64,000 bases of DNA from Planctomycetota bacterium (GCA_965228735.1 OZ245838.1:5248001-5312000); one strand, 5' to 3'; shown: positions 18,274 to 28,481, numbered from the stretch's first letter. Notes: a model not told the origin generated them from the sequence alone. A program made the numbers and translations.

Positions 18274-19136
18274 ACCTCGTCGAGGATTTCGAACGCGAGC
18301 GCCGGTATCTGTCCCGGCTCGCCTACCGGTTGCTCGGTTCGGTCGCCGACGCCGAGGACGCCGTGCAGGAGACGTTCTTGCGCTGGCGCCGGTCGGACGA
18401 AGTGGTGACGGAGCCGCGCGCGTGGCTCACGCGCACGTGCACGCGCCTCTGCATCGACCGCATTCGCGCGAGTGAGCGGCGTCGTGAAGAATACGTCGGC
18501 GAGTGGTTGCCCGAACCGCTCGTCGAAGACGCCGGGCCCGAGCTCGACGAGACGTTGTCGATGGCGCTGTTGCGGACGGTCGAACGGCTGCCCGCGACGG
18601 AGCGGGCCAGCTTTCTGCTGCACGACGTGTTCGGCTACGAGTTCACGGAAGTGGGCGAGATCCTCGGACTGCAGCCCGCCAACTGTCGGCAGCTCGCGGT
18701 CCGCGCTCGCCAGCACCTGCGCGACGGCCCGCGGCGTTCGGCGCCGGGATCTGCGAGCGGGGGCTCGAACGAGGCGACGGTGCGGCGGCTCGGCGAAGCG
18801 TTCTTCGCGGCCATCGGCGACGGCGACCTCGAACGCCTGCAGGGCGTACTCGCCGCCGACGTCGTGCTCTACTCGGACGGCGGCGGCAAGGTCGCGGCAG
18901 CGCGCGTGCCGGTCGTCGGTGCCCCCAAGGTCGCGGCGTTCTTCGTGTCGGTATTCGCGCGCGAGCCCGAGTCGGAACTCGACGCGATCTGGTTCAACGG
19001 CGCGCCGGGCGTCGTCGTGCGTCAGGCTGGCCGCCCGGTCTCGGCGTTCCAGTTCGAGGTCGCGGCCGGCCGGATCGTGGGGATCTACGTGCAGCGGAAC
19101 CCGGACAAGCTCGGGACGCTCGGCGCGATCCGATAG
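18270..19136 (+). CDS. ECF41 (SigJ-like) RNA polymerase sigma factor with SnoaL-like C-terminal extension
   Basis: AYRLLGSVADAEDAVQE, YVGEWLPEP, DGGGK and RNPDKL motifs. Confidence 0.93.
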   Translation: MNLVEDFERERRYLSRLAYRLLGSVADAEDAVQETFLRWRRSDEVVTEPRAWLTRTCTRLCIDRIRASERRREEYVGEWLPEPLVEDAGPELDETLSMALLRTVERLPATERASFLLHDVFGYEFTEVGEILGLQPANCRQLAVRARQHLRDGPRRSAPGSASGGSNEATVRRLGEAFFAAIGDGDLERLQGVLAADVVLYSDGGGKVAAARVPVVGAPKVAAFFVSVFAREPESELDAIWFNGAPGVVVRQAGRPVSAFQFEVAAGRIVGIYVQRNPDKLGTLGAIR

Positions 19137-19155
19137 GTGACCGCCCGCCGGGCGC

Positions 19156-20094
19156 TCAGTGCGGGACGATCGTGACCCTGCAATCGGGCAGTGCCGCGAC
19201 GAGTCGTTCGCGAAGCGCCGCAAGAGCTTCCGCCGTGGTGAACTGGGCTGCGATGAGGCGCAGCGTCTCGAGCTGGGTCAGGGACTCGAGCCCGACCGGT
19301 TCTGGATCGACCGGCAGCCTCACGGTGAGCGAGCGGAGCGCCGGCAGGTCGGCCAGCGCCCCGTAGCTCTCCGGGGTGGAGAACTCGCCGGTCAGGTCGA
19401 GCTCTCGCAAGCGGCGCAACGACCGCAGTCGATCGGGCTCCCCGGGCCGCGGCGAACCGGCCACGTAGAAGTGGTGCGGGCCGTCCGGCGACACGATCGT
19501 GAGCGTTCGCAGGGCCGGTGCGTTGCCGAAGACGCTCAGGTCGATCGGCGCGCGTGATCTGACGGTCAGCCGTTCGAGTTTCGGCAGCGTCGCGAACGCC
19601 CGCAAGTTCTGCGGTGCGTTCGTCGTCACCGTCAAGCTCCGCAGGTTCTGCAGCCCGACGTCGGGGTGGATGTCGATCACGCGCGGGACGCGCATGAACG
19701 TCATCCCCGCTGTCGAGCCGATCTCCGAAGATTCGCCGAGCGGCTCGGAGAGATCGAGCGAGAGGATCTCGAGGTTGGGCAGCAGGGACAGCCAACGCAG
19801 ACCGTGGTGGTCCGGCTGGTAGCCGCGGACCGACTTCTCGTGCTCGCGAAACAACGGAACGTCGAGCTCGCGGATCGTGGCGAGGCGCTCGCGATCCAGC
19901 GCGATGAACTGCTCGAGCGTGTAATCCTCCGGCAGCGGCGGCAGGCCCACTTTCTCGCGCAGTGCCGCATTCAGGAACTCCGGCATCGCGAACGCGACAG
20001 GCGTGTCGGGATGCGGGTAGGCCTCGCCGCAAGCCGAGGGCAGGGCCAGCGCCGGCGCCAGAACTGCGGTGATCGCGACCGGTCTGCGGTTCAT
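19156..20094 (-). CDS. Leucine-rich-repeat putative lipoprotein
   Basis: Signal peptide with PSAC lipobox-like motif, repeated LxxLxxLxL units and an LPDCRV C-terminal cap. Confidence 0.7.
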   Translation of the reverse strand: MNRRPVAITAVLAPALALPSACGEAYPHPDTPVAFAMPEFLNAALREKVGLPPLPEDYTLEQFIALDRERLATIRELDVPLFREHEKSVRGYQPDHHGLRWLSLLPNLEILSLDLSEPLGESSEIGSTAGMTFMRVPRVIDIHPDVGLQNLRSLTVTTNAPQNLRAFATLPKLERLTVRSRAPIDLSVFGNAPALRTLTIVSPDGPHHFYVAGSPRPGEPDRLRSLRRLRELDLTGEFSTPESYGALADLPALRSLTVRLPVDPEPVGLESLTQLETLRLIAAQFTTAEALAALRERLVAALPDCRVTIVPH

Positions 20095-20257
20095 CGTTGC
20101 AGAATAGGTACGCGACCTGCGGAACGGCTCGGGGATTACCCGCACCCAGCACCGAAAAAGGCGCAACTCGCAGGGGGCCCGCGCCGCGATGGCGCACCGG
20201 AGGCGGTACAGTGGCGCGCGCTTCCTTCTCCTATTCGCTGCCACGCGAGGAGTGACC

Positions 20258-21571
20258 TTGAGTCAAGACGCCCGTCACGTCTCGTCAGCCGATGCGGCTG
20301 ACCTGTTCAGCCGTCGCCGCTTCCTGAAAGGCTCGGCGGCTCTCGGTGCCGCCGCCGCGTTGCCGCTCGATCCGCGGATGCTCGGCCCGCTGACGCCGCG
20401 GACCGAGCCGCGGGCGACGGCCGTCATCCAGGTGTTCCTCCAGGGCGGCATGAGCCACCTCGACACCCTCGACCCCAAGAGCGAGGCGCCAGTCGACGTG
20501 CGCGGGCCGTTCCGGTCGATCGCGACGAACGTCGACGGCCTGCGGTTCACCGAGGTGTGTCGCAACCTCGCGCGCGTGGCCGACAAGCTCACGGTCATCC
20601 GGTCGATGACCCACACGGAAGCCGCCCACGAACGTGGCATCCACAACATGCTGACGGGCTACCGCCCGAGCCCGGCGATCACGTATCCGAGCTTCGGCGC
20701 GGTCGTCAGCCACGAGCTCGGGGTTCGCAATCACCTGCCGCCCTACGTCTGCATTCCGCGGGCCGGGCGCGTCGACTACGGCACGGGATACCTGAGCTCG
20801 GCGTTCGGCCCGTTCAGCGTCGGCGACGAGCCGTCGCGCAAGGGGTTCGAGGTCAAGGACCTCGGTCCGAGCCAGAAGCTCGATGGCGATCGCGCCGAAC
20901 GACGGCGGCAGCTGCTCGAGGGGCTCGACGCGGGCTTCGAGGCGCGGGCCGACTCCGTGCGCGCGACGCAGGAGTTCTATCGCCAGGCGTGGCAGCTCAT
21001 CGATTCGGACAAGGCGCAGGAGGCGTTCCGCGTCGACCAGGAACCCGAGAAGGTGCGCAAGGCCTACGGCGCGACGCGCATGGGGCAGCGTCTGTTGCTC
21101 GCACGCCGCCTCGTCGAAGCGGGCGTGCGGTTCGTCGCGGTGCCGTCCGGCGGTTGGGACAACCACGAGAACATCTCGTCGGCACTGCGGCGGCGCATGC
21201 CCGAGGTCGACCTCGGGCTCGCGGCGCTGATCCGCGATCTCGACGACCGCGGGATGCTCGACAACACGATGGTTCTGCTGTCGACCGAGTTCGGCCGCAC
21301 ACCGCGCGTCAACCAGACGCGCGGTCGCGATCATTGGCCGCGGGTGTTCTCCGTGCTCGGAGCGGGCGGCGGGCTGCGGCGCGGGCACGTGCACGGCGCG
21401 ACCGACTCGAGCGGCAGTGACCCCGAGGTCGCGCCGGTCAGCCCCGCGGATCTCGCTGCGACGATGTTCTCGCAGCTCGGCATCGATCCGGAGAAGCGGC
21501 TCATGAGTCCCGGTGGTCGCCCGATCGACATCGTCCGCGAAGGTCGCGTCCTGCAGGAGCTGCTCACGTGA
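20258..21571 (+). CDS. DUF1501 family protein, Tat-exported
   Basis: SRRRFLK twin-arginine motif, FLQGGMSHLDTLDPK, LARRLVEAGVRFV, WDNH and EFGRTP...GRDHWP; GAGGAG RBS before TTG. Confidence 0.93.
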   Translation: MSQDARHVSSADAADLFSRRRFLKGSAALGAAAALPLDPRMLGPLTPRTEPRATAVIQVFLQGGMSHLDTLDPKSEAPVDVRGPFRSIATNVDGLRFTEVCRNLARVADKLTVIRSMTHTEAAHERGIHNMLTGYRPSPAITYPSFGAVVSHELGVRNHLPPYVCIPRAGRVDYGTGYLSSAFGPFSVGDEPSRKGFEVKDLGPSQKLDGDRAERRRQLLEGLDAGFEARADSVRATQEFYRQAWQLIDSDKAQEAFRVDQEPEKVRKAYGATRMGQRLLLARRLVEAGVRFVAVPSGGWDNHENISSALRRRMPEVDLGLAALIRDLDDRGMLDNTMVLLSTEFGRTPRVNQTRGRDHWPRVFSVLGAGGGLRRGHVHGATDSSGSDPEVAPVSPADLAATMFSQLGIDPEKRLMSPGGRPIDIVREGRVLQELLT

Positions 21572-23862
21572 CGGCACGGGCAGCCTTCGCACTGGCGGCG
21601 GTACTCGCGAGTACGGCCGCGTCGGCGCAGCAGTTCACCGTGATGATGCCTGCCGGTGGCACGCGCGGCGAGACCGTGCGCGTCACCTGCTACGGCCGAT
21701 ACCTGAAGGACACCGTCTCCGTCGTCTGGCTGCGTGACGGCATCGAGGTCACGAACATCGCGGCCGAACGCGACGACCGGGTGCGGCTCGAGCTCGCGAT
21801 CCCCGAGGACTGCGGGCTCGGCGAGTATCCGTTCCAGCTGCACACGAAGCGCGGTCTGACGCGCGCGCAGGGTTTCTACGTCGGTGCCATGCCGTCGGTC
21901 GCCGAGGGCAAGGACCATGGCTCGCGCGATCGGGCTCAGCGGATCGGGCTCGACTGCACCGTCGATGGCCGCGTGCTGCCGGACGACGAGGATTGGTACG
22001 CGTTCGACGTCGAGCAGGGGCAGGCCGTTCGCGTCGAGGTCGAAGCCGTGCGGCTCGCAGTCGTCGATCTCGACCTGCAGCTCGAGGTCTTCGACCCGGA
22101 TGGTGAGCGGGTCGTGCGGAGCGACGACAGCACGTTCGCCCGTGCCGACCCGGTGGCACGGTTCGTGGCCGCGCGCACCGGCACCTATACGATGGCGCTG
22201 CGCGACGTCGCGTGGCGCGGTTCGAGTCGTGGCGTCTATCGTCTGCACGTCGGCACGTTCCCGCGGCCGATCGGCGCGCTGCCCGCCGGCGGTGCGCCCG
22301 GTTCGACCGTCGAGTGCACGCTCGTCGGCGACATCGAGCCGCAGGCAGCGGTGCTCGAGATGCCGAAAGCCTTCGGCATCCAACAGGTGTTCCCCGTGGT
22401 CGACGGCGTGCCCTCGCCGACGCCGATCCGCGTGATCGTCGATCGCTACCCGAGCTTCGTCGAAGGCGAGGTGCCGGATGGAGCGAAGAAGGCGCCGTGT
22501 GCGTTCCACGGTGTGGTGACCGAGCCCGGCGAAGAGGATCGCTACGCGTTCACGGCGAAGAAGGGCGGGCGCTACGACATCGGCGTGTTGGCGCGCAACC
22601 TGCGGTCGACTCTCGATCCGGTCGTGCGGGTGCGTGACGCGCAGAACAAGGTGCTCGGCACCGACGACGACAGCCTCGGGCTGGATGGCCGCGTGCGCTT
22701 CACGGCGCCGAGTGACGGCACGTTCTACGCGTGCGTCTCGGACCACCTCGAGCGCGGCTCGCCGACCAACTTCTATCGCCTGCTCGTGCGGCCGGTCCGC
22801 GGCGGAACCGGACTCAATACGCGCGAGGCGATCCCGGGTCGCCGCATCGAGGACTTCGGCGTGAGCGTTCCCGTGGGGCGTCGCAATGCGACCGTGATCG
22901 CGACGAGCGGGTTGTCGGCGAAGAACGGCGACACGCTGTCGTTCACCGATCTGCCGCCGGGTGTTCGGTCATTGCCGACGGCGGTGCCGGCCGGCGGCAC
23001 GATCGTGCCCGTCGTGTTCGAGGTCGCTGCGGATGCCGAGCTGGCGGCGAGCCTGGCGTCGCCGTTGTCGACGAGCGCGCAGCGCGCCGAGCCGAGACGA
23101 TTGCCGTTCCGCCACAGCTACGCGCCGCTGCGGGTGCAGAACAACCAGCCGTACGGCCTGCGTCAGGTGCGTTCGCTGCCGGTGGCGATCACGCAGGCGA
23201 CGCCATACGATATCGCTGCCGACCCGCCTGCCGTGCCGCTCGTGCAGAGCGGTTCGATGAAGTGGCCCGTGCGCCTGACGCGCGACGAGGGCTTCGATGG
23301 CACGGTGACCGTGCGGGCGTTGTGGTTGCCGCCCGGCGTATCCGGCAACACGATCAGCCTCACGAAGGGCAAGACTGCCGGTGCTTTGAGTCTCAACGCC
23401 AACTCGCGGGCGTCGGTCGGCACGTGGCCGATCGTGCTCATCGCGAGCGCGCGTTCCGGCTCGGTGACGCAGACGATCAGCACGCAGGTGATGCACCTCG
23501 ACGTCCACGCGCCGTGGGTCACCGCGAAGCTGCCGCGCGCGACGATCGAGCAGGGTCAGAAGGGCGTCTTCCCGATCGAGCTGCAGCGGCAGCGCGAGTT
23601 CGAGGGCAAGGTGACCGCCGAGTTGGCGCGCGTTCCGCGGGGCGTCAAGACGGCGGTGCCGGCAATCGCCGACGAGACGACCACGGTGGAGGTCGCGTTG
23701 GATGCCGCGGCGGACGCCCGCGTCGGTCGGCATCGCACGATGTATCTGCGGCTCAAGATCGAGACCGACGGCGGCGTGATCCAACACACGGTCGGCGGTG
23801 GTGAGCTGCGCGTCGATCGGCCGTTGCCGGAGAAGATGCGGAAGAAGGGGGAAGCGCGATGA
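21568..23862 (+). CDS. PPC-domain (pre-peptidase C-terminal-like) secreted protein of the planctomycete DUF1501 cluster
   Basis: PAGGTRG, DEDWYAF, YRLHVG and EEDRYAFTAKKG repeats; GTGA overlap with the DUF1501 gene. Confidence 0.82.
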   Translation: MTARAAFALAAVLASTAASAQQFTVMMPAGGTRGETVRVTCYGRYLKDTVSVVWLRDGIEVTNIAAERDDRVRLELAIPEDCGLGEYPFQLHTKRGLTRAQGFYVGAMPSVAEGKDHGSRDRAQRIGLDCTVDGRVLPDDEDWYAFDVEQGQAVRVEVEAVRLAVVDLDLQLEVFDPDGERVVRSDDSTFARADPVARFVAARTGTYTMALRDVAWRGSSRGVYRLHVGTFPRPIGALPAGGAPGSTVECTLVGDIEPQAAVLEMPKAFGIQQVFPVVDGVPSPTPIRVIVDRYPSFVEGEVPDGAKKAPCAFHGVVTEPGEEDRYAFTAKKGGRYDIGVLARNLRSTLDPVVRVRDAQNKVLGTDDDSLGLDGRVRFTAPSDGTFYACVSDHLERGSPTNFYRLLVRPVRGGTGLNTREAIPGRRIEDFGVSVPVGRRNATVIATSGLSAKNGDTLSFTDLPPGVRSLPTAVPAGGTIVPVVFEVAADAELAASLASPLSTSAQRAEPRRLPFRHSYAPLRVQNNQPYGLRQVRSLPVAITQATPYDIAADPPAVPLVQSGSMKWPVRLTRDEGFDGTVTVRALWLPPGVSGNTISLTKGKTAGALSLNANSRASVGTWPIVLIASARSGSVTQTISTQVMHLDVHAPWVTAKLPRATIEQGQKGVFPIELQRQREFEGKVTAELARVPRGVKTAVPAIADETTTVEVALDAAADARVGRHRTMYLRLKIETDGGVIQHTVGGGELRVDRPLPEKMRKKGEAR

Positions 23863-26276
23863 ACGAAGGTTGCACTCACGGGCTGCTCGGCGTGATTTCC
23901 GCTCTGGTGCTCGCGGCGGCGGTCACCGCGCAGGATCGCCTCGCGGTCTACCCGGCGCAGGTCACGCTGGACGATGGCGACGACAGTCACCGCCTCGTGG
24001 CCGTGGTCACGACGGCGGCCGGTGTGACGCGCGACGCGACGGCCGACATCGACGTGCGGTTCGAGCCGGGTGCCGTCGCCGCGTTCGTGGACGGCCGGCT
24101 CGTGGCGCGCGGGAACGGCGAGGCCCAGGCGACGGTGTCCTGCGGCGAACTGTCGGCCACCGTACAGGTGACCGTTCAGAACGTGTCGCTGCACCCGCTC
24201 GTCAGCTTCCGCAACGACGTGATCCCGACCCTCACGCGCTACGGCTGCAACGCGGGTTCGTGTCACGGCGCGGCCGCGGGCAAGAACGGGTTCGGACTGA
24301 CGCTCTTCGGCTACGATCCCGGCAAGGATCACCGCGCTCTGACGCGCGACTTCCGCGGTCGTCGTCTCGACTGCGCCGACCCCGACCGGAGTCTGCTGCT
24401 CACCAAGCCGACGGGCGAGGTGCGTCACAAGGGGCGCAAGCGGTTCACGGCGGACAGCGATCCGTACGAGATCCTGCGCGAGTGGATCGCCGGTGGCGCG
24501 CCGGACGACGGCAATGGGGTGCCGTCACTCGTGCGACTGCAGGTCGAGCCGCGGGAGCTCGTGCTCGCGGGGCCCGATCAGCGCAGCGGCCTCGTCGTCA
24601 CCGCGGAGTATTCCGACGGCTCACTGCGGGATGTCACGGACCTCGCGTTGCTGTCGTCGTCGAGCGCGTCGAATGCGCGGATCGACGGCATGGCCGTCGT
24701 GTCGGGCGATCGCGGCGAGGCGTTCGTCATGGCGCGGTTCGGGTATCTCACCGAAGTCGCGCAGGTGATCGTCCTGCCGGACGCCGAGCCGTGGACCGCG
24801 CCGGCGATGGTCGCGCACAACGAGATCGACGAGCTCGTCCAGCAGAAGCTCACGAAGCTGCGTCTCGCGCCGGCCGAGCCGTGCGATGACGCCACGTACC
24901 TGCGCCGGGTGCACATCGACATCGTGGGTCGGCTGCCGACCGTCGAAGAGGTGCGCGCGTTCCTTCTGGACGAGGCCGAGGGCAAGCGCGCCCGCGTCGT
25001 CGACGAGCTGCTCGCGACCCCGGAGTTCACCGACATCTGGGCGATGACGTGGGCCGAGGTGCTGCGGATCGAGTCGCAGCAGCTCGAGGCCAAGGGCGTT
25101 CACCTCTTCACCCGGTGGCTGAGCGAATCGCTCGCTGCGGGCGTGCCCATGGACGAGCTCGTGCGCGCGATGCTCACGGCCGAGGGGGCCGCGTTCTCCG
25201 TTCCGGAGGCCAACTACTTCGTGACGGCGACGGACCCGAAGGTGCTCGCGGAGAACGCGGCGCAGACGTTCCTCGGGATCCGGCTGCAGTGTGCGCAGTG
25301 TCACAACCATCCGTTCGAGCGTTGGCGGATGGACGACTACTACGGCTTCGCCGCGTTCTTCGGCCAGATCGGGCGGAAGCGTGGGGACGATCCTCGCGAC
25401 ACGATCGTCTACGACCGACAGCGCGGCTCCGTGACGAACGAGCGCACCCGCCGCGCCGCCGAGCCGCGTTTCCTGGGCGGTGACGTGCCCGAGATCGAGG
25501 CTGGCGAGGACCGGCGGGCCGTGCTCGCGGAATGGCTGACGTCGCGCGAGAACCCGTGGTTCGCGCGCAACATCGCCAATCGCGTGTGGGCGCGCTTCTT
25601 CGGCCGCGGGCTCGTCGAGCCGGTCGACGATGTGCGCGTCAGCAACCCCGCGTCGCATCCGACGCTGCACCGGCGGCTCGGGGAGAAGCTCGCGGCCGCC
25701 GACTTCGATATCCGCGCGCTGATCCGTGAGATCTGCGCGTCCGCGACGTATCAATCCGCGCAGCATGACGGGGGCGCCGCGGCCGCGACGTTCGCCGGCA
25801 TGACGCCGCGGCGCCTCTCGGCCGAGCAGTTGCTCGACGCGATCGATGCGGTCACCGAGGTGAAGACCAAGTTTCGCGGAGCGCCGCTCGGCTTCCGTGC
25901 CGCGCAGCTCGTCGACGCGGACCCGCAGAACCGGCTGCTCGACCTCTTCGGGCGTCCGCGCCGCGAGTCCGTCTGCACGTGCGAGCGTCGTTCGGAGCCG
26001 ACGCTGAACCAGGTGCTGCATCTCATCAACGGTTCGACGATCGAAGGCAAGGTGCGCAGCGACAAGAGTCGCATCGTGCGCCTCATCGAGCACGGCACCG
26101 AGCCGGGGCTCCTGCTCGAGGAGTTGTGTCTTGCCGTCTACGGGCGGCTGCCGAACGCGGCCGAACGCGAACGCATCCTGCCAGCCGTCGCCGCGGCCGG
26201 CGACGACGCCCGGACCGTCTGGGAGGACGTGCTCTGGGCGATGTTGAACAGCAAAGAGTTCCTCTTCCAGCACTGA
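23859..26276 (+). CDS. DUF1549/DUF1553 domain protein with Ig-like (Big_2) domains
   Basis: SFRNDVIP...GCNAGSCHG, YLRRVHIDIVGRLPT, CAQCHNHP, NRVWARFFGRGLVEPVDD and NSKEFLFQH. Confidence 0.92.
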   Translation: MNEGCTHGLLGVISALVLAAAVTAQDRLAVYPAQVTLDDGDDSHRLVAVVTTAAGVTRDATADIDVRFEPGAVAAFVDGRLVARGNGEAQATVSCGELSATVQVTVQNVSLHPLVSFRNDVIPTLTRYGCNAGSCHGAAAGKNGFGLTLFGYDPGKDHRALTRDFRGRRLDCADPDRSLLLTKPTGEVRHKGRKRFTADSDPYEILREWIAGGAPDDGNGVPSLVRLQVEPRELVLAGPDQRSGLVVTAEYSDGSLRDVTDLALLSSSSASNARIDGMAVVSGDRGEAFVMARFGYLTEVAQVIVLPDAEPWTAPAMVAHNEIDELVQQKLTKLRLAPAEPCDDATYLRRVHIDIVGRLPTVEEVRAFLLDEAEGKRARVVDELLATPEFTDIWAMTWAEVLRIESQQLEAKGVHLFTRWLSESLAAGVPMDELVRAMLTAEGAAFSVPEANYFVTATDPKVLAENAAQTFLGIRLQCAQCHNHPFERWRMDDYYGFAAFFGQIGRKRGDDPRDTIVYDRQRGSVTNERTRRAAEPRFLGGDVPEIEAGEDRRAVLAEWLTSRENPWFARNIANRVWARFFGRGLVEPVDDVRVSNPASHPTLHRRLGEKLAAADFDIRALIREICASATYQSAQHDGGAAAATFAGMTPRRLSAEQLLDAIDAVTEVKTKFRGAPLGFRAAQLVDADPQNRLLDLFGRPRRESVCTCERRSEPTLNQVLHLINGSTIEGKVRSDKSRIVRLIEHGTEPGLLLEELCLAVYGRLPNAAERERILPAVAAAGDDARTVWEDVLWAMLNSKEFLFQH

Positions 26277-26277
26277 C

Positions 26278-28470
26278 ATGAACCGCACTCATTCGATGGG
26301 CCGTCTCGGCCTGAGCGTCCTCGTGGTCGCGGCGATCGCGTTGCTCGGCGATCGTGCTCGGGCGCAATCGTCGCCGCAGGTCCTGGACGAGTTGCTCGCG
26401 CTGTTGCACGGCACGCCAGCCGACGCGTGGCAGGAGCGTGCGGATGCGATGCAGGATCGCATCGCGGCGGCGAAGAAGTCGGCCGCGACGTTGCGCAAGC
26501 AGGCCGCAGACAAAGCCAAGGCGGCCGCCGGTGAATCACAGGCGGCCGAGCGTTTGGGGCAGGAGATCAAGAAGCTCGAACAGCTGCGGAGCGCGCTGGC
26601 GAAACTCGAGTTCCGTGATCCGGCCGGCAGCGCCAAGAAGGTCACGACGGGACGCGGGCAGCTCGAGGTCGCGCTCGGAACCCTGCGGGACCTGCCGAGC
26701 TCGGCGTGGCAGGAGCGCATCGAGGCTGTTTCTAAGCGCATCGCCGCCCACGAGAGCGCGGCCAAGGAGCTCGAGGCGGCCGGCAAGGGACTGATCGCCA
26801 AGGCCGATGGGATGGCGAAGGAGGCCGATGCCCTGGCTGCGGAGATCGGCAAGCTCGAGCAGCTGCGCAAGCTCGTCGCGACGATCTCGCCCGAGCTGGT
26901 GGCGGTGACGAAGCCCGCGGAGAAGCCCGCGGAGAAGCCCGCGGAGAAGCCCGCGGAAGAGCCGGCGAAGAAGCCAGCGAAGAAGCCAGCGAAGAAGCCC
27001 GCCGCGAAGCCGGCGGAGAAGCCCGCGATCAAGGCGGACGCGAAGGCCAAGAAGGCGATGCAGGACGACGGCAAGGACGGCGCCATGCCGGCGCCGGCCA
27101 CGACGTCGCAGTCGGCCGCCAGCGATGGCCCTGACGACTTCGTCACCTACGACGATCACATGGTGCCGATCTTCGAGGCGCACTGCTACGACTGCCACGA
27201 CAGCGGTGACCCGTCGGGCGGACTCGACCTCACGAGCTTCGCGACGACGCTGCAGGGCGGTGGCTCGGGTCGCACTTTGCGCCCTGGTAGTCCGGACGAG
27301 AGCCGGCTCTTTCTGCTCGTCGCGCATCGTGAGACGCCGGTGATGCCGCGGGGCGAGCCCAAGCTCGCCAGAGAGAAGATCGAGCGGATTCGGGCCTGGA
27401 TCGAGCAGGGCGCGCCCAAGGACAAGGTGCAGGCCGCGAGCAAGAAGAAGGAGCGCGCGATCGCGGCGAAGCGCGCGGCCGCCGAAGCCGCTGCCCGCAA
27501 GGCCGCCGCCGTGCCGGTGCAGGCCATCATGCCGGGCGAACTGCCGAAGGTGCGCAAGGCGTATCCCGCGCGCCCGGGCGCGCTGCGGGCCGTCACTGCT
27601 GCGCCGGGCGCGCCGTTGCTCGCGGTGTCCGGCCTCGGTCAGGTTCTCCTGCTGCACCAGGAGCAGCTGCGCGAACTGGGAGTCCTCGAGTTCCCGTTCG
27701 GTCAGATCGCGACGCTCGAGTTCTCGCTCGACGGGACCGCCTTGCTGGCAACGGGCGGCGTCCCGGCCGACGGTGGCGGCGCGGTGCTCTTCGACGTCGC
27801 GACCGGCCGCGAGCTCGGGCGCTTCGCCAAACAGCGCGGTGCCGCGATGGCCGGCGCCGTCGCGCCGCGCGCCGACCTCGTCGCGATCGGCGGGCCGCGG
27901 AAGCGAATCGAGGTGTTCTCGGTCGACGACGGTGAGGAGATCTGGCGACAGGACCACGAGGACTGGGTCACGGCCGCGGCGTTCTCGCCCGACGGCAAGC
28001 TGCTCGCGACCGCCGACCGTCAGGGGTTCGTGCAGGTGCGCGAGGCCCGGACGGGTCGCGAGGTGCACTCGATGAAGGCCGGCGACGGGCTGCTCGCGGA
28101 TCTCGCGTTCTCGCCCGACAACGCGATGCTCGCGACCGTCACGGCCGATCGCGCGCTGTGCCTCTATCGCATGAGCGACGGTCGGCGGCTGCAACAGAAG
28201 CGCGACCATCGCGACGCCGTGCTGTGCCTCGCGTGGCGCGGCAAGTCGCGGCTGCTCACCAGCGGCGCGGATGGGCGCGTGTTCCATTGGCGGACCAACG
28301 GTCGGCGCGAGAAGGAACTGCCGCGCATCGACGAGTGGGTCTACGACCTCGCGCTGTCCGCCGACGGCAAGGCCGCGTTCACGGCGGACTGGCAGGGCCG
28401 GCTCACTGCGATCGATATCGAGTCGCGCAAGATCGTGCAGCAGATCAGCCCGCTGCTCGTCAGCCAGTAG
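26278..28470 (+). CDS. Planctomycete cytochrome c domain plus WD40 repeat protein, with N-terminal coiled-coil duplication and KPAE/KPAK linker
   Basis: PIFEAHCYDCH (CxxCH), GGLDL, MP and WIEQGA, followed by WD40 repeats (WVTAAAFSPDGKLLATAD). Confidence 0.88.
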   Translation: MNRTHSMGRLGLSVLVVAAIALLGDRARAQSSPQVLDELLALLHGTPADAWQERADAMQDRIAAAKKSAATLRKQAADKAKAAAGESQAAERLGQEIKKLEQLRSALAKLEFRDPAGSAKKVTTGRGQLEVALGTLRDLPSSAWQERIEAVSKRIAAHESAAKELEAAGKGLIAKADGMAKEADALAAEIGKLEQLRKLVATISPELVAVTKPAEKPAEKPAEKPAEEPAKKPAKKPAKKPAAKPAEKPAIKADAKAKKAMQDDGKDGAMPAPATTSQSAASDGPDDFVTYDDHMVPIFEAHCYDCHDSGDPSGGLDLTSFATTLQGGGSGRTLRPGSPDESRLFLLVAHRETPVMPRGEPKLAREKIERIRAWIEQGAPKDKVQAASKKKERAIAAKRAAAEAAARKAAAVPVQAIMPGELPKVRKAYPARPGALRAVTAAPGAPLLAVSGLGQVLLLHQEQLRELGVLEFPFGQIATLEFSLDGTALLATGGVPADGGGAVLFDVATGRELGRFAKQRGAAMAGAVAPRADLVAIGGPRKRIEVFSVDDGEEIWRQDHEDWVTAAAFSPDGKLLATADRQGFVQVREARTGREVHSMKAGDGLLADLAFSPDNAMLATVTADRALCLYRMSDGRRLQQKRDHRDAVLCLAWRGKSRLLTSGADGRVFHWRTNGRREKELPRIDEWVYDLALSADGKAAFTADWQGRLTAIDIESRKIVQQISPLLVSQ
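26911..27030 (+). repeat. Coding 12-bp tandem repeat, about 10 units (AAGCCCGCGGAG and variants), encoding KPAE/KPAK
   Basis: Three exact copies followed by degenerate copies, all in frame. Confidence 0.9.
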
Positions 28471-28481
28471 CGCCGGTGTCC

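Noticed and set aside
16885..19136. Track ORFs 16885..18273 and 17538..19136 at full length
   Set aside because: Their N-terminal extensions overlap upstream genes; the real starts are 17746 (RBS) and 18270 (ATGA coupling).
26911..27030. 12-bp repeats as a non-coding or CRISPR-like array
   Set aside because: They are in-frame coding repeats for a KPAE/KPAK linker.
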